64,000 nt of DNA from the human T2T-CHM13v2.0 reference genome, Homo sapiens. The notes under the pieces are model-generated. The model was not told where the DNA came from, ran no database searches, and worked only from the letters and a program-made list of their open reading frames with translations. Location of the stretch: assembly GCF_009914755.1 (NCBI RefSeq), contig NC_060931.1, one strand, 5' to 3'. Position 1 is the first letter of the stretch; every line of letters starts with the position of its first letter. Made by a program: the position numbers and the translations under genes. This document shows, piece by piece, positions 59,081 to 64,000 of this stretch.

Positions 59081-60317
59081 AAGAAATGTGCATTTTTAAG
59101 AGTTTACATGAGTTGCAGTAAGTAAGTAAAACTCATTTACAAGAGTTTACATGAGTTGCAGTTTTCCTTATTCCCTAAATAAGGAAAATGTGAGCAATGA
59201 TCTTGGACACTTGGCAGTTAACTCTCAATTAATCTATTAATGGAGGGAATTGCTCAGATATTATCAAATATTGAACAAAAAAGTTACGTTTGATTTTGAA
59301 ACGTATTACATGATTTTAGAAGACTATTTATCCCTCACATGCTGCTTTCTTAGGTTGACTCATATTAAAGACAGGTTTTCGTTTCCCAAGTGAACATATC
59401 TGTGGTGAGGGAGCAAGAATCAGGCAGGCTAGGTTGAAAGTATAGCAGGGAGTAAGTGTGTGTCAACTGTGTTTTGGTACTGCATTATTTCCTAGACAGT
59501 ATATCTTCTTTCCAAGTGGGATGCCATGTAACTTGAAAACAACCAAAAGTAATAAAAGTTTTAGAGTCCAGATACATCAGGCATTACTTTTGCATCACCA
59601 GCAATGCACTTGAAAGCTGGCAATATCAGACTTTAAATAATCAACCGCTGAGTCAAATTAGAATCACAAGTAGCTTCTCACTTAAACGAGACCAGTCTGC
59701 TCGCTCCCTTGCTTAATGCACTGTGGAGAACATAACATGCTCAGTAAATTATGTAGAAAGGATACACAAATGAGCTAATTTTGTTATGAGAAAGGATCTG
59801 ACCGATTGCTTGTGGAGTAATTATCTCTCAATAAGTAGCCATCATTTGTTCCATTTTCGTTAGAGGTATACCAGAGAATCAGAACAGATTTCTTTTGGAG
59901 AAAGAGTAGTATTTGAGTATACACTTCCCTTTCTTGGAAGTTTCCATTACATGAAAAATGAGAGGATTTCTTTAGTGGATAGTCACTCTGCTGATGCGCT
60001 CTGGCCTGTGGTTTCCATGACAAATTCCTTCTTAAATTGAGGGGAGGGGGAAAGCTTTATATGATAGGAGAAACAAATTGGAGAGATTAGAAAGTCCCCA
60101 GTTAAAATGTTCACAAGATTGCCTGTTCACATTCTCAGAAAGATTCGGTTCTATCAGAACTTCATTTTATTATTTATAGGTATAGAAAAAAATACTTTCC
60201 CCTGTATGAAATGTAGGTGATTACCGAAGAAAATGACTTTTCATGGATGTGATAGGTATCTGTTATCTATACCTCAAAATAGTAGCTGATGTTTTTGAAG
60301 TAATACATAAGTGATGA

Positions 60318-60679
<362 letters not shown>

Positions 60680-61949
60680 TAGGTTATGACTCTTAAAGAT
60701 TCTTCAGGAGCAGTATTTAAATTACTTCACACAGAGATTTTCTACTGACCAACATAACTTCCAAGATTCACAAATTGCTTTATTTGCTATTCCTCCCCTA
60801 GAGTAATCTGGTTGTTCTGGAATAAATATGGTAGAGAACAAACATAAATAAGAATGTTTCCAACTGAAAATTTTTGTTTACTTCCCCCTTCAATTTCTAG
60901 AGCTCAGTATAAGTTGTTTTTACAAAATGAAGCTTCTCACTTGGGAATTTTTTCTCTCCTTTCTCCTCCTTATTAATAAATGTAGAGATTCTTACCTCTC
61001 CATGCAGAAATACAGCCACTGCTTGCCCTCCTCTCTGGTTCCTTCCCATAGCCTGGGCCCCCACTCTCACATGCAGGGTGCGACAGGAGAAGGCTGGAGA
61101 GCATCAGGCTTCCATCTGCTGCCAGATCCGTCAGAAGGCAGCTGGTGGAAGCCTAAGCCCCTGAAGGTTCCCCCTTTACCAGCAGGCATTCCACATGTAA
61201 AAAGATTATACAACTATAACCCAGCACCTGCTTCTTGAGCTGTCATTGTGTTGTTGTTATTGTTTTAATCTTGTGATACACAGTGATTTTTCAGTTTTCT
61301 CCAGTTTTACAAAGTTAAAAGCTTACCTTCTTTTTAGTCTAACTTTAGTGATATTTGGCCAAGAATTTTTAAGGTTATTTATTTATGTCTTTTGTTTTCT
61401 ATATTTTTCAAATAGAATCAGCTGTGTTTCTACTTTGCAGAGGGGGCATGAATCTGAAGTCTAAACTTCGGATAAAATTGGATCCACCAAATCTCTCCTT
61501 TTGGTAGAGCCTAATTTGTTCATCTGGCTCTCTCTATAGGAGGGCAGGCCTTCTGGTTTCATTTCCTTCTGACCCCTTCTTTACCAAGCTTTCCTGCAGG
61601 AAATAAAAAAGGGACATGGTAAATAAAAATTCTGAGCCTTCCCAGAGATTCATGAAAGCTTCATAAGACTCAGTTTTCTCATTTTTAAGATAGATGTAAT
61701 AATAGTACCTACCTCAAACACTTTTTCTTTTGATTAAATGAGGTAATAGATAATTTCAGTATTATTCTTGTTGTTACTCTTAACTACTACTACTACTAGC
61801 ACAAGGACTGTTACACATTAGATACCTACACTGTATATTTTTGTATGGATTTTCTTGAAGAGTTCCTAGAAATTTAAGTCTTGCAATCTCCAGGGTAAAA
61901 CTAGAGCAGTAAAGAAATTGAGTGCCCCACAGAGGGCTTGCGGTCAGTA

Positions 61950-62097
61950 GAGATTAACCCTGGCTGTGCACTGGAATCACCCAAAGAGCCTGGACCCCAC
62001 CCCAAAGGAAATAAATTATTTGGTCTGAGATGCAGCCTGGGCTTTTTAAAAGCTCCCCAGATGATTCTAGTGGGCAACCAAAGCTGAAAACTACTGG
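61950..62097. mobile_element. MER5A-like hAT MITE
   Basis: CCCTGGCTGTGCACTGGAATCACC...TTTTTAAAAGCTCCCCAGATGATTCTA...GAAAACTACTG. Confidence 0.8.
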
Positions 62098-63137
62098 TTT
62101 TGCTTAAATTTAGATTTAGGCCACCTGCGCAAGATCCAGCAGGGGGCTCCATCTTCAGTGTAAAGCTTCCAAAAATGCCAGGGCATAGCTCATTTACAAA
62201 GGAACTCCCATCCTACGTGGTGAAACTTGCAGGATTTTCTTGGGTGGCTATTGAACCATGATCTTATCCATGAGAAACCCTGAGAAATCTATTGGTGAGC
62301 TTCGATAAGCTAATGTAGTTCAAATCCAAGCATCATTAACGGATGTCAACTACTAGTTCTTTGCTAAGTGTTAACTCTATGGGGAGAGTATAGCCACTGA
62401 TAAAAAAAACTTTTCTCATTTCTGAACTGACAGTTGTCAAAATAGCTGGTCATTGATTTCACAGATTAGTCAAAATGCTAATTACCAAGTACCTCATTTA
62501 TTACCAGACAAATATTTCACTGATGCAGTCATTAATTACAGTTTTGTTTGCTGGATCTTTCTAGCAAAACTCAGAACTGTATCTGTAGAGTGATCAATCC
62601 CATGGCTATAGGTGCAAAACCTCATGCCCCCCTCCACATCCTCTTTCCCATAGCCCTTGTGCAAACACTAACCCAAATGTTGCCTGCCAATGCTGTGAGA
62701 GTGCTTTACTAACTTTCCTTAACCCAACAGTTTCACAGAAACTCCTTTTTCATAAACTGCCTGTAACACAGGCACATAAATATTATTGGGTGATTATATG
62801 AAAGCCGACACAGGAAAAAGCAAGGATGCATTGGCAGCATCCATGCCCGCTCCCAGGAAAGCAACACCTGGAATCTGTCCTAAGACTCAGTTAGGAGCAT
62901 TTTCTTCATAAAGTGCCAAGCTGAGCACTTTATGATGTTTAAGACTGAATTTTCTTGGTAGAAGGACTCGTTGATATTCAGCAGTATGTGATATCCAGCA
63001 GGAGTCATGGCTTTATACTTAGCTGTGGAGCTGTGAGGGAGGCCTTGGCGCAGACTCTTCTCCCTTGTTAGTGCCTGTTGCTCCCGCTTGGGACATTCCT
63101 CCCCCTTCCCTGCTGCCCATGTGTCTGTCATCTATCC

Positions 63138-63287
63138 CAGTGGTTTCCCGGCCCTGCTGAACGTAAGTATCACCTCGAGGAGCTTTTAAACTACAGGAGG
63201 CCCAAGCTTCATGCCAGATCAATCTTGAGCTATTGGCATGTTTTTAAAGCTCCTAAGTGGTTTTGAAAAATAGTGTTGAGGACCATT
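63138..63287. mobile_element. MER5A-like hAT MITE remnant
   Basis: CAGTGGTTTCCC...ATCACCTCGAGGAGCTTTTAAA...TTTTTAAAGCTCC...TTGAGGACCA. Confidence 0.7.
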
Positions 63288-64000
63288 AACCCAGGTCTCT
63301 TCTCTATTACACCACCCCACCCCACAGCCCCTCTGCAGTTCCCAGACCTTGTCTCCACTGTGATCTTTCTATAAAAATGTTCCCAACATAACCAAGAGGC
63401 AGCCATTCAGGTTTTTCCATTGAATTTTATGCATGATTATCTGAATTCTTCATATCGCTTTGCCTGTGTAGACACAGCTTATGCTTTGCTTATTTCACAT
63501 ATGCATAGTAAACCCAGGCATTCTTCACTGGGTGGGCCGGGGTTATGGCTAATGAGGCTGGCCATAAAAACAGCTCTGTTTAATGATGCATTTCTCCAAC
63601 TCTGTTTTTTTCAAAACTGCTTTATTTTGGTTTGCAAAGATTAATTTTGCCCAGCAATGACCCTCTTGGTTTAGCTTACTATTCCGCCTATTTATTTTTG
63701 CTTTCAAAAAGGGAAAGTGGGAGACAAAAGTGCATTAGAAACAAAACTTGGACGAGGATGGATGGTGTGCATATAATCCATGAAATATAATTGCCCAGTG
63801 AAAATAATTTTTTAAAAAATTCCTCGATGAGTACTATGTTCCCTAAGATGATCTCACAATAATTGTGTTCTTGACAAAAAGAGAATGCGAAGTAGTTCTG
63901 TGAAGGAAATCATGTATAAATGCAGCAAAATGTACCAAAGGTGCATGTCTAAATCTTCATGGAAAGTGAGGCAACTCTCCTGACATATTTGCTCTATTGG

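Noticed and set aside
59098-59162. CRISPR-like repeat-spacer-repeat
   Set aside because: Only two repeats, spacer derived from the repeat itself, primate DNA, no cas genes.
61420-61610. Minus-strand acceptor TTTTTTATTTCCTGCAG near 61593
   Set aside because: No convincing paired donor or recognisable reading frame.

Overview
Simian primate (most likely human) genomic DNA, AT-rich and dominated by transposable elements. It has no CpG island, no recognisable host protein-coding exon, no structural RNA gene and no prokaryotic features. Nearly all long ORFs in the track are decayed L1 ORF1/ORF2, mariner transposase, or Alu/microsatellite read-through. Contents: about nine LINE-1 pieces, including a 9-kb tandem composite of two diverged L1PA copies (5.4-14.5 kb) and two twin-primed (5'-inverted) insertions; a near full-length HSMAR2 mariner; HAL1; about 10 Alus; LTRs (MST with internal sequence, LTR8, MLT2, MER31, two MLT1, one ancient LTR); MER1B/MER5A; MIR/L2 remnants; and long microsatellites. 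Most L1s, LTRs and Alus are on the minus strand, which hints at an intron of a plus-strand gene. I found no convincing novel biological system. The best-supported observations are mutational footprints: a probable gene-conversion tract between two inverted L1s 20 kb apart, a junction with templated filler fusing two L1s, and several template-switch/templated insertions. An open L1 ORF0 homologue, a near-palindromic hairpin and a speculative TATA-led spliced minus-strand transcript are also reported. Subfamily names come from recalled consensus sequences, not a RepeatMasker run, and boundaries of old elements are approximate.
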